From the NCBI RefSeq assembly GCF_006345805.1, contig NW_021833479.1:1-28879 (forward strand): a stretch of DNA of 28,879 bases, in the 5' to 3' direction. Under the pieces are notes generated by a model. The model was given only the letters and a program-made list of their open reading frames with translations, was not told where the DNA came from and made no database searches. The position numbers and the translations under genes were made by a program. Every line of letters begins with the position of its first letter. The stretch's first letter is position 1. This stretch comes from Octopus sinensis. Lineage: Eukaryota. Below are positions 10,250 to 20,816 of this stretch, in pieces.

Positions 10250-10820
10250 TTACCTTTCCTTCAGATCGGGTGTCAACCTCCGAAGCTCTCACTTTGGACA
10301 AGCTTTCCGATTTGCAAGGTCTCCCCACTATCTTCTGCAATCATTGTGACAACAATCCAGTCATGCAGAAACACACGGACTGAATCAATTTGACTGTGGC
10401 AATGCTGGGGCACTGCCATTAGTCGAACAAATCGACCCCAAAACTTATTCTCTGTAGGCCTAATACTTATTCTATTGGTATCTTTTGCCGAACCGCTAAG
10501 TTACGGGGACGTAAACACACCACCATCCCCAAATTTCCCCAAATACCTCCACGCATTGGACTGGAAGCTTTTGAACACATCCTGATTTTGAATAAATCCC
10601 GCATGAATCAATTTGCTCATTCGCTGGAGATTCGAACCAGTGGTTACAGATTATAGTCTCTCACCGCATGTTTTGTCTTCAATGGGGATTTCCATTTCTT
10701 TACACTTCTTTATCCATATGTGCACATTGCTCTTGTTTCTGGTGTTATCACCGCGAACAAACTGAAGCCTTCTGTAGATGTTGGTCAGTGTGCGCCCCTC
10801 TTTCAACTAAAAACTCACCC
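10250..10820 (-). pseudogene. Highly decayed mariner-like transposase N-terminal relic, interrupted
   Basis: Minus-strand peptides KSNVHIWIKKCKEMEIPIEDK (HTH-like) and DLANRKACPK*ELRRLTPDLKER (resembles the ARWVPR.LT linker) lie in the expected order. Weak similarity. Confidence 0.4.
10385..10527 (-). mobile_element. SINE family A tail fragment
   Basis: Matches the family A 3' body. Confidence 0.85.
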
Positions 10821-10825
10821 AAGGA

Positions 10826-10995
10826 GGCGTAGGAGTGGCTGTGTGGTAAGTAGCTTGTTTACCAACCACATGGTTCCGGGTTCAGTCCCACTGCGTGGCA
10901 TCTTGGGCAAGTGTCTTCTGCTATAGCCACGGGCCGACCAAAGCCTTGTGAGTGGATTTGGTAGACGGAAACTGAAAGAACCCCGTCGTATATAC

Positions 10996-11051
<56 letters not shown>

Positions 11052-11329
11052 CTGTGTGTGTGTGTGTGTCTGTGTGTGTGTGTGTGTGTATGTGTGTGTG
11101 TGTGTGTGTATACGTTTGCGTTTCTGTTTGTCCCTCCAACATCGCTTGACAACCGATGCTGGTATGTTTAAGTCCCCGTAACTTAGCGGTTCGGCAACAG
11201 AGACCGATAGAATAAGTACTAGACTTACAAAGAATAAGTCCTGGGGGGGGGGCGATTTGCTCGACTAAAGGCGGTGCTCCAGCATGGCCACAGTCGAAAT
11301 GACTGAAACAAGTAAAAGAATAAAGGAGT
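10826..11329 (+). mobile_element. SINE family A, full length
   Basis: GGCGTAGGAGTGGCTGTGTGG head, internal (TA)n(GT)n, tail AAGTAAAAGAATAAAGGAGT. Confidence 0.93.
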
Positions 11330-12168
11330 TATGACGGCACGTTACTTCTTAGAAGCCATCGTTCGCTTGCAACGAAGAACAGGAAGAAGAGCAACTATAA
11401 AAGAAGAACTACTCCACCAATATCTGCAATTTGAACGACCCATGTCAGTTAATAAAACAAAAAATTACGCTTAATTTTGCTTTATTTCCGGCACAACCTG
11501 TGTATGAAATAATGCAAATATATCCGGAAAGGAATTGAGGGGAGAAATACAAGCATATTTATGTAAACACGATGTGTGTATAGCCAAAGAATAAAATAAT
11601 AATTTTGAGTTGAGGTCGTTTGGTTAGCAGCAAAGCAGAGATTTATGCTGCATGGGTAATAAGATAGTGTGGAGTTGCTCAGACTCTTTGGCGACATATA
11701 ACGGAAACGGATAAGTTTCACTCGGATATTGAAACCGCTTCGCTGACACGGAAGTTTACCCAACAACTATATAGGTTTGTTAAGGAAGTATTAATTTATT
11801 TATGGCAGGCAAGTTTAAAAAGTGTAATTAGAAATAATAATAATAGCTAATATTATTTTTTTTGTACAATTATGGGAGACAACTCTGAATATATGTTTAA
11901 ATCTTGTTATGAACTCATCAGTGAAGCACAGACTTCACAGAAGTAATGATAAGAAAATCATTAATTAAATATACGGTATTGTTTGTATCTTGGCAGGTGT
12001 TGTGATATGGGGTTGTTTAGATAATAAATCACTTAGACTCTTCTTCTGCATTTAAAAGTAATAGTTGGTGTTAGCATATTAATACAACTGAGTCAGTCCA
12101 TCTACCCATTATACGCATGTTTGAGTTTTGGGCAGTATTTTCCTCCAGTATCCTTAATTTTTCCAATT

Positions 12169-12613
12169 AGGCGTGGCTGTGTGGTAAGTAGCTTGCTTAC
12201 CAACCACATGGTTCCGGGTTGCGTCCCACTGCGTGGCACCTTGGGCAAGTGTTTTCTACTATAGCCTCGGGCCGACCAAAGCCTTGTGAGTGGATTTGGT
12301 AGACGGAAACTCAAAGAAGCCCGTCGTATATATATATACATATATATATATATGTATGTATGTATATGTATGTATATGTATGTATGTATATGTATGTATA
12401 TGTGTGTGTGTATCTGTGTTTGTCCCCCCACCATCGCTTGACAACCGATGCTGGTGTGTTTATGTCCCCGTAACTTAGCGGTTCGGCAAAGAGACCGATA
12501 GAATAAGTACTAGGCTTACAAAGAATAAGACCTGGGGTCGATTTGTTCGACTAAAGGCGGTGCTCCAGCATGGCCGCAGTCAAATGACCGAAACAAATAA
12601 AAGAATAAAAGTA
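12169..12613 (+). mobile_element. SINE family A, near full length
   Basis: Same architecture as 10826-11329. Confidence 0.93.
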
Positions 12614-12902
12614 TCTATTAATTGACAGTCCTTCGGGTTCTTCTGAAAGGTTCGATGCCACGGGACCTGTGGTCTGCTCCATCCTTGAAGTGTCCCTCCC
12701 AATGCTTCTCAGATACACTAAGGACCTTGCTGCAATGACATCAACGGGAACATCATCGTATCTTCGAGTCTCCAGGATGATGCTCTTGGTGAGGTTTCTT
12801 CATTTCTGACATAATTATGGTACAAAATTCTCAGATATTTCTGAAGTCCCTTTGATAAAAGACAACAAATTACGAAACAACATGCTCTATTGCAGATATA
12901 TA

Positions 12903-13129
12903 TACTCTCTCTCTCTTTACTCTGCTACTCTTTTACTTGTTTCAGTCATTTGACTGCGGCCATGCTGGAGCACCGCCTTTAGTCGAGCAACTCGACCCCG
13001 GGACTTATTCTTTGTAAGCCCAGTACTTATTCTATCGGTCTCTTTTGCCGAACCGCTAATATGACGGGGACATAAACACACCAGCATCGGTTGTCAAGCA
13101 ATGCTAGGGGGACAAACACAGACACGCAA

Positions 13130-13162
<33 letters not shown>

Positions 13163-13334
13163 CATATATATATGATGGGCTTCTTTCAGTTTCCGTTTAC
13201 CAAATCCACTCACAAGGCGTTGGTCGGCCCGAGGCTATAGTAGAAGACACTTGCCCAAGGTGCCACGCAGTGGACTGAATTCGGAACTATGTGGTTGGTA
13301 AGCAAGCTACTTACCACACAGCCACTCCTGCGCC
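12903..13334 (-). mobile_element. SINE family A, full length
   Basis: Reverse complement of the 12169-12613 copy, about 290 nt away. Confidence 0.93.
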
Positions 13335-13681
13335 TATATAATGCTTATAAATTTGGAGGGCCGTTATTTTCCCCCTATAGCACTCTCTAATATGCATGTT
13401 TAATTCATAGCATATCCAATAATTTGTGTTATGGGGAAACAACCAAATTTTGTGCACTTTGGAGAAGAGAAGTTTGTTGGTCCTGCTGTATAGAAGGTGT
13501 TACGGATGAGAAGTTTGGGGCTATCAGATCCCTAAGTTTGATGAATTTCCAAAGTTTCGCAGCCATAAATTCTGAATCCTTCGTCTCTATTGATATAAAT
13601 TTCCGCTTTTAGTGGGTGAAACTAGACTTCATTATTTAAGCCACAACACAATTTAGCTGACATTATTTCTGAACTGACGTA

Positions 13682-13905
13682 GGACGGCGAGCTGGCAGAG
13701 TCGGTAGCACGCCAGTGAAAATGCTTAGCGGCATTTCGCCCGTCTTTACGTTCTGAATTCAAATTCTGCCGTGGTCTACTTTGCCTTTCATTCTTTCGGG
13801 GTTGATAAATCAAGTACCAGTGAAAAACTGAGGTCGATGTAATCGACTAGTTTTTGGCCCTCCTCCAAAATTTCAGGCCTTGTGCCTTGAGTAGAAAGGA
13901 TTATT
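13682..13905 (+). mobile_element. SINE family B, tail subtype 2
   Basis: Head GGCGAGCTGGCAGAGTCGGTAGC, B-box-like AATTCAAATTC, central domain, tail AAATTTCAGGCCTTGTGCC...GATTATT. Confidence 0.88.
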
Positions 13906-14064
13906 TCTGAACTGAGAGGATACTGCTGTCTGTTTGACTTAGCAAATGAAAGCATCCTAGTCACTCTTCCCCCTCTACTAACATATGTCGTATAATAAAA
14001 TAATAAAAGATATGATTTTCGTCTACATCGACTGTTACAATGCAAGTAAACTGGCCTTTGTAGT

Positions 14065-14396
14065 GGTGCAATGGCCCTGTGGTTAGAGCAGCGGACTCGC
14101 GGTCGGAGGATCGTGGTTTCGATTCCCAGACAGGGCGTTATGTGTGTTTATTGAGCGAAAACACCTAAAAGCTCCACGAGGCCCCGGCAGGGGAGGGGGA
14201 GTGGCGACCCCTGTTGTACTCTTTCGCCTCAACTTTCTCTCACTCTTTCTTCCTGTTTCTTGAGTAACGCTGCGATGGACTGGCGTCCCGTCCAGCTGGG
14301 GTGGGGGTGGGAGGAACACATACGCCATAGAAACCGGGAAACTGGGCCCACGAGCCTGGCTAGGCTTGAAAAGGGCGTATAAAAATAAAAAAAAAA
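14065..14396 (+). mobile_element. SINE family C head with family D-type tail
   Basis: tRNA-Arg-like head. The 3' part GAGTAACGCTGCGATGGACTGG...AAAAGGGCG matches the reverse complement of 14900-15005. A-rich end. Confidence 0.88.
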
Positions 14397-14899
14397 TACT
14401 GGTGGCTTTTAAAATAGATCCATTGAAGCGTTAGGCAGGACATCACTTTGCATGCCCCACCCAAGAATGTCATATATATGAAGTATCATAACTGAAACAA
14501 CCATGTATATTTTAGTAAATGTCATAGAAGAGTAGGAATGTATATTAAAAGATGGTTTATGTAAAATCGAGATCTACACAAGAACAAACGAAGCATAAGG
14601 ATGACGTATATAAACCATTTTGTTAAGAAAAGTGGTGTATATAAACAGAATACGTAAAGCAAAAATATTCGTATGTACAAGGGTGAGGCGTAAAAGTGAA
14701 ATGTGTAAAGGGCGGATGTTAATGTAACAGCAGAAAGTTGAAAATGTACAGAAACGAAAGATAAAAGCAGCGCAGAAGGATGATACAGTGAACTGCATTT
14801 AAAAGCCGACGGAAGACAGACTTGAGTTCGGTAAAATCATTTAGAATATCACCAAGTGGACAGATTGAAGAATATCTTGTACTATACTAAAAATAATAA

Positions 14900-15375
14900 A
14901 TGCGCCCTTTTGAAGCCTTGCCAGGCTCATGGGCCCGGTTTCCCGGTTTCAATGGCGTATGTGCTCCCCAGCTGGACGGGACGCCAGTCCATCGCAGCGT
15001 TACTCATTTTTGCCAGCTGAGTGGACTGGAGCAACGTGAAATGAAGTGTTTTACTCAAGAACCCAACGCGTCGCCCGGTCCAGGAATCGAAACCACAATT
15101 TTACGATCATGATGCCGTCACCCTAACCACTAACCTACGCGCCTTCACTGCTCCCTTTTGAAGCCTTGCCAGGCTCATGGGCCTGGTTTCCAGGTTTCAA
15201 TGGAAGGGACGCCAGTCCATCACAGTGTTACTCATTTTTGCCAGCTGAGTGGACTGGAGCAACGTGAAATGAAGTGTTTTGCTCAAGAACACAACGCGTC
15301 GCCCGGTCCAGGAATCGAAACCACAATCTTACGATCGTGATGCCGACACCCTAACCACTAAGCCACGCGCCTCCA
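14900..15375 (-). mobile_element. Two tandem SINE family D copies (14900-15148, 15151-15375)
   Basis: Minus strand A-box TGGCTTAGTGG, B-box GGTTTCGATTCC, CORE-like CTTGAGCAAAACACTTCA. The second copy has an internal deletion. Confidence 0.9.
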
Positions 15376-15579
15376 CACCTTGTTCTATACCTAATGAAAA
15401 ATATTCCTGCTTTAACAAAGAATGTTTATATGAAGAAGCTTACTGGAAATAAATAAATAAATAAAACCACTCAGAGCATCAGATTAAGCGCATGCGCTGG
15501 AAAGCAAACTTCTTGGAAATTGAATCGCATGAAGAAACCTTCAATAGGATATTCGGATTAGCGACAACCCCCCCTCCAC

Positions 15580-15788
15580 CAGGACCGGTTTTAAGCCAAT
15601 TAGACAGATTTGTTCAAATAGGGCCCTCGCTCCATGTGAGGGTGACGCTGACACACTCAAGCGGAGGACGTTATGATGAATTTTTAGTATATCATTGTGG
15701 CCAATGGTGGAGTCTAAAGCCCTCAACGCTATTCGGCTGGGACTGGTGTACTAAACGAAGCATAAAATATTAATCTTCTGTTTTTGTA
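15580..15788 (+). mobile_element. hAT-like MITE left part inserted in the PLE relic
   Basis: Starts CAGGACCGG (CAGGGCCGG-type TIR). CTCCAC flanks the whole insertion (15574-79 and 16054-59), and the PLE peptide TPPP|RIGLEAFE rejoins across it. Confidence 0.5.
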
Positions 15789-16052
15789 GCGTAGAGGGCC
15801 GCACTGACAATTCTCGAATTGAACTCTGCACTACCTAGTGCCGGCCGTACCTCCATACATAGCGTAGAGGGCCGCACGGACAATTCTCGAATTGAACCCT
15901 GCACTACCTAGTGCCGGCCGTACCCCCATACATGGCGTAGAGGGCCGCACTGACAATTCTCGAATTGAACCCTGCACTTCCTAGTGCCGGCCGTACCCCC
16001 ATACATGGCGTAGAGGGCCGCAGGGACAATTCTGGAATTGAACCCTGCACTA
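15789..16052. repeat. 73-bp tandem array, 3.6 copies, GC-rich and hairpin-rich
   Basis: Units start at 15789, 15862, 15935 and 16008. Each full unit has CAATTCTCGAATTG and GCACT(A/T)CCTAGTGC hairpins inside GGCCG...CGGCC. Confidence 0.95.
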
Positions 16053-16879
16053 TCTCCACGCATAGGACTGGAAGCTTTTGAATACATCCTGAACATGGCT
16101 GAAAACTTTCAGTTCAGAAATTATTTAAACACTTTCCAAAGCATTTTGATGAAAGAGCTGAAGCAATTCCGCAACTCTAGAAAATTACTCGTTCCTTCAG
16201 ATAAGACTAAAAACATTTATGAGGTTAAGAATCACCTGAATAAACAACTCATTTCCAGTAATATTAGCAGAAAACTAACCCTAACATGCACTACTGCATT
16301 GATAAAGAAGCAAATCTACTAACCTCGGTCATTAAAATAGATTATGATATCAAATGTTTAGCTGCCAGACACCACCACCACTAGATTACTTTAAAAGACT
16401 ATAAATGCAATTTCTTCTCTGACTCTAAATGCAGATTCACCTAATTAAAAGTGAATTACTCAGCAAAATAATTCCTGATGCAATTAATGTGAAAATTATG
16501 CAATCTGCTAAAATTCCCCAGTGGAAGGACAACTCCTTAGTGACGGATTGAATTACGCGGCAAACGTGACTGCAATTTCACACAAATTGACCTCATCGAG
16601 TTTCATTTTTCCATCACTGAAATTTTTTTAATAAAAGTTTTACAGTTTGGCTACGGATGTACTACCACCACATCATTATGATCACGATAGAAAGTGGCGC
16701 AATGAAGACAGAACTGGAAGCGCATTGTGACCAGCGGTGCACATACATACATACATACATTGCGAGACTAATAACTTGGTGTAGGACTCAATGTACGTAT
16801 GCTTCAGAACGAAGTGTTAGATGAGTGTAGAGCGGTAATAAGAAAGAGAGATTACGAAGGAATAAATGATAATCTTATC

Positions 16880-17005
16880 AACTTCATTACCTTACAGCTG
16901 TTTCAGTTATAGGATGCGGTCAACTCATGGTTGAGTGCCTAAAACTCTATAGCTTAATCGGGGCCTCGAATATTCGAGCAGAAACAGCTGTAAGCTAAGG
17001 AAGTT
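16880..17005. repeat. 25-bp inverted repeats carrying GAAACAGCTGTA hammerhead half-sites
   Basis: 16880-16904 versus reverse complement of 16981-17005: 23/25 identical. Confidence 0.8.
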
Positions 17006-17054
17006 CAACAATCTTTTATTCTTTTGTCATCTCTCTTTCTGATATATATATGTA

Positions 17055-17275
17055 CAGGGTGGCTCAAAAGTATTCAACTCCCTTTCGCATTCGTACATTA
17101 ACAGTTTAGATCTTAATTATAGAAAAATATGAAACCATTATTCTATGCTAATTTAGTTCATTTTCTCAAGCTCCCTTTTCAGTTTGTAAGATTGAAATTT
17201 AAATCTAATAAAGTGTTTAAAAAGAAATTTAAAGTGCCTACGTGATAACTATAAACCTACTTTTGGACCACCCTG
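17055..17275. mobile_element. Tc1/mariner-type MITE (221 bp)
   Basis: TIRs CAGGGTGGCTCAAAAGTA and TACTTTTGGACCACCCTG (16/18). TA on the left flank, CA on the right. Confidence 0.75.
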
Positions 17276-17285
17276 CATATACACT

Positions 17286-17355
<70 letters not shown>

Positions 17356-17371
17356 CACAAACACTTATGTA

Positions 17372-17581
17372 CAGTAATCCCTCGCCGTATCACGGTTTAT
17401 TATTTAAGCTTACGTTGATTCCTCTGCGGCGGTGTTTTGCATTTATAATAAAATAAATATTTACAAATTATAAAAATGATCTTAAAAATATATATTGTAT
17501 AGTACTGTTTCTACTTTACGGATTTTCCCCTATCGGGATGGGTTTTGGAACATGACACCCGCGATAGTTGAGGGATTACTG
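17372..17581. mobile_element. pogo/Tigger-type MITE (210 bp)
   Basis: TIRs CAGTAATCCCTCG..TATCACGG and CCGCGATAGTTGAGGGATTACTG, 12 bp perfect terminal match, TA duplication on both sides. Confidence 0.82.
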
Positions 17582-17666
17582 TAAAGATAAGATCCAGGGA
17601 TCCAGATCCAGGGGTAGGAAGTTAGCGAACGTTGAGCAGTGCGTAGAAGATATATATATATATATA

Positions 17667-18081
17667 TACTCTTTTACTCTTTTACTTGTTTCAGTCATTT
17701 GACTGCGGCCATGCTGGAGCACCGCCTTTAATCGAGCAACTCGATCCCGGGACTTATTCGTTGTAAGCCCAGTACTTATTCTATCGGTCTCTTTTGCCCA
17801 ACCGCTAAGTGACGGGGACATAAACACACCAGCATCGGTTGTCAAGCAATGCTAGGGGGACAAACAGACACACAAACATACACGCACACACACACATATA
17901 TATATATACATATATATACGACAGGCTTCTTTCAGTTTCCGTCTACCAAATCCACTCACAAGGCTTTGGTCGGCCCGAGGCTATAGTAGAAGACACTTGC
18001 CCAAGGTGCCACGCAGTGGGACTGAACCCGAAACCATGTGGTTGGTAAACAAGCTACTTACCACACAGCCACTCTTGCGCC
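17667..18081 (-). mobile_element. SINE family A, full length
   Basis: Same architecture as the other family A copies. Confidence 0.93.
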
Positions 18082-18403
18082 TATATATATATATAAAAAA
18101 AACTTTCAAGTACGACAGTGGTTTATTGACGTTGAAGGTTGTAATCTTTTCCCATATCCGAAGTTCGATAAGCTGCAAAAAAAGGTATTTTACAGATCAC
18201 GGTTAACAACTGGGATTGCTGTATGCGAATAAGAATCCAAATTTAGGGAATGGAACTAGAAGAACATCGGAAGTAACAATTACCCAAACGAGGGGTACTC
18301 CACTGGCCAAAGATACCTTAGTCAAATGAAGGTTACATTGTCGTCAAGGAACCCCGTGTTAACTCGCAGGAGATTTGATCGAATATATCTTCTTAATATA
18401 AAT

Positions 18404-18655
18404 ATAATAGGGTGTCGAGCTGGCAAAAACATTAGCACGCCGGGCGAAATGCTCAGCGGTATTTCGTCTGCCGCTACGTTCTGAGTTCAAATTCCGCCGA
18501 GGTCGACTTTGCCTTTCATCCATTCGGGGTCGATAAATTAAGTACCAGTTACGCACTGGGGTTGATGTAATCGACTTAATCCATTTGTCTGTCCTTGTTT
18601 GTCCCCTTGTCCCCTCTGTGTTTAGCCCCTTGTGGGTAGTAAAGAAATATATATT
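18404..18655 (+). mobile_element. SINE family B, tail subtype 1, with 14-bp TSD
   Basis: TTCTTAATATAAAT is duplicated at 18390-18403 and 18656-18669. Confidence 0.9.
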
Positions 18656-19098
18656 TTCTTAATATAAATTTGAGCAATGTTTCTCTGTCCGTTATGTTAT
18701 TATGGTCGTTAACTCCTCCTAAACCGTTGGTGCAAGGACAACGAAACTCAAACTAGCAGCTCCCCTAATCCCAGGGAATGTCCTAAGGGGGTCTATTTTT
18801 TAAGTGCCGCCTAATTGTGGTCACTCTGACCTATTTTTACTGCATGGTGGCGTAAGGAGGTTCAATTTCTAAAGGGCTGCTTAAATGGGGCCGCATTGAC
18901 CACCGTATTTTTACTGCCTTTACTTCACTCCTACGCTTATTGATTAAGCTATGATCAGCATCACTGCTTAACATTTGCAGAAATAAGTTTCATTACACAA
19001 GGGTAGGGGCCGCGAAGCAGCCCGATAGTGGGGCCAGAGGCATCAAAGGTGCCCTTCGAAGGAGCCAGCCTGAATGCTACCCGAAAGGCGGTTTCAAG

Positions 19099-19147
<49 letters not shown>

Positions 19148-19185
19148 TGTATATATATTATATATATATATATATATATATTGTT

Positions 19186-19381
19186 TTATTCTTTTATTTG
19201 TTCCAGTCATTTGACATGCGGCCATGCTAGAGCACCGCTTTTAGTCGAACAAATCGACCCCAGGACATATTCTATGGGCCTCTTTTGCCGAACCGCTAAG
19301 TTAGGAGGATGTAAATACATCAACATCGGTTGTCAAGGGATGGTGGGGACAAACGCAGACGTACAAACATATACAAGTACA

Positions 19382-19429
<48 letters not shown>

Positions 19430-19571
19430 CATATATATATATACATACATATATACGATGGGCTTTCACCTTCCGTCCACCAAATCCACTCACAAGGCTT
19501 TGGTCGGCCCGAGACTATAGTAAAAGACACATTCCCATGGTGCCATGAAGTTGGACTTAACCCGGAACCAT
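19186..19571 (-). mobile_element. SINE family A, head truncated
   Basis: Diverged family A match ending at CCCGGAACCAT in a (TA)n tract. Confidence 0.85.
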
Positions 19572-19575
19572 TATA

Positions 19576-19627
<52 letters not shown>

Positions 19628-19670
19628 ATATATTGTGTGTGTGTGGTGTGTGTGTGCGTGTGTGCGTGTG

Positions 19671-20051
19671 GATGCGCAATGATCCAGTGGTTAGGGCAGC
19701 GGACTCGCGGTCGTAGGATCGCTGTTTCGATTCCCAGACCGGGCGTTGTGAGTGTTTATTGAGTGAAAACACCTAAAGCTCCACGAGGCTCCATAAGGGG
19801 ATGGTGGTAATCCCTGCTGTACTCTTTCACCACAACTTTCTCTCACTCTTACTTCCTGTTTCTGTTGTACCTGTATTTCAAAGGGCCGGCCTTGTCACTC
19901 TCTGTGTCACGCTGAATATCCCCGAGAGCTACGTTAAGGGTACACGTGTCTGTGGAGTGCTCAGCCACTTGCACGTTAATTTCACGAGCAGGCTGTTTCC
20001 GTTGATCGGATCAACTGGAACCCTCGTCACCGTAACCGACGGGGTGCCACC
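19671..20051 (+). mobile_element. SINE family C with a long alternative tail
   Basis: Head and body match 14065 and 26790. The 3' roughly 190 nt differ from the tail of the 14065 copy. Confidence 0.85.
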
Positions 20052-20056
20052 AATTT

Positions 20057-20395
20057 ATACATACATACATACATACATTATGGCTGGCCCCTAGTTATCG
20101 AGTATGGCCATTGCACGAAGCTTAACTGTTACTGGTGCTGTGATCGAATGTGACTTTTTAGCCCAGCTAAAGATCTACAATGTCTTGTACAAAATTGGCA
20201 ACTAAGACCTTTACTGGTAATAGCCGGCTGTAGTTGTAACTGGGTTTCATGTACCTTTGCATGTTGTTTAAGTCCTCCTGCCGAATTACACTCTCTTCCA
20301 CATGCCCGACATACATACATACATACATACACACATACATACATACATACATACACACATACATACATACATACATACATACATACACACATACA

Positions 20396-20429
<34 letters not shown>

Positions 20430-20700
20430 CACACATATACATACATATATGCATATACATAGATGTGTATGTATGTATGTATGTTATACCTACATAATTA
20501 TCACTTGACCCATTCTTTAGCGCAAGTATTTGACCAGTTTGATGAAACCTTAGCTTGCATCCACTAAAAATAGCTATAAAGCTATTTATTCTCTCCCTGA
20601 GAGTAATCGTATTCACTTTCTGATAACGGTCTACGAACGCAAGAACTCGAACCCGTTTTTTTTTTTCTGTCTGCAGAGGCGCAAACCCGGAAATATAAGT
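20057..20700 (-). mobile_element. RTE-like LINE 3' end with two C2H2 fingers, split by a microsatellite
   Basis: Minus strand: DNYV|CRACGRECNSAGGLKQHAKVH...CQFCTRHCRSLAGLKSHIRSQH-stop (20129), a short 3' UTR with ATGGC/GCCAT stem, then an (ATGT)n tail (20079-20057). This matches RTE C-terminal architecture. Confidence 0.65.
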
Positions 20701-20816
20701 ATCCTGTTTTCTTTCCATAGGAACGCTGCTGAAATTCTTTGTTTATTAAAAAGACATGACTTACATTTAAAAGTCATCCAAAAATTGCTCTATACCACAA
20801 CTACAAATAAATGAAT

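Larger units (their letters stand above)
15394..16696 (+). pseudogene. Decayed Penelope-like element RT ORF (N-terminus to RT motif A), interrupted
   Basis: Ordered peptides MKNIP..Y.KKL, IKRMRWKANF, LEAFE..FQFRN.LNTFQ, VPSDKTKNIYE, ITLKDYKCNF, PQWKDN, DLIEFHFSITE (compare FDIxxFYPSI). Many stops and frameshifts. Clade not determined. Confidence 0.7.

Noticed and set aside
11885-11925. Minus-strand CUGAUGA as another hammerhead
   Set aside because: GAAAC reads UAAAC, stem II has a U-U mismatch and no stem I can form.
15789-16052. 73-bp unit as an HDV-like or twister ribozyme, or as a CRISPR-like array
   Set aside because: An HDV-order pairing can be drawn (P1 GGCCG/CGGCC, P3 GCAC/GUGC, P4 CCA/UGG). 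However, P1 is only 5 bp, L3 lacks the conserved G, and P2 and J4/2 registers differ between copies. Twister motifs are absent and there are no unique spacers. A transposon-junction duplication explains the sequence more simply.
20129-20311. Two C2H2 fingers as an exon of a host zinc-finger gene
   Set aside because: No TGEKP-type linker and no acceptor site. The stop is followed by a short hairpin UTR and an (ATGT)n tail, which fits a LINE 3' end.
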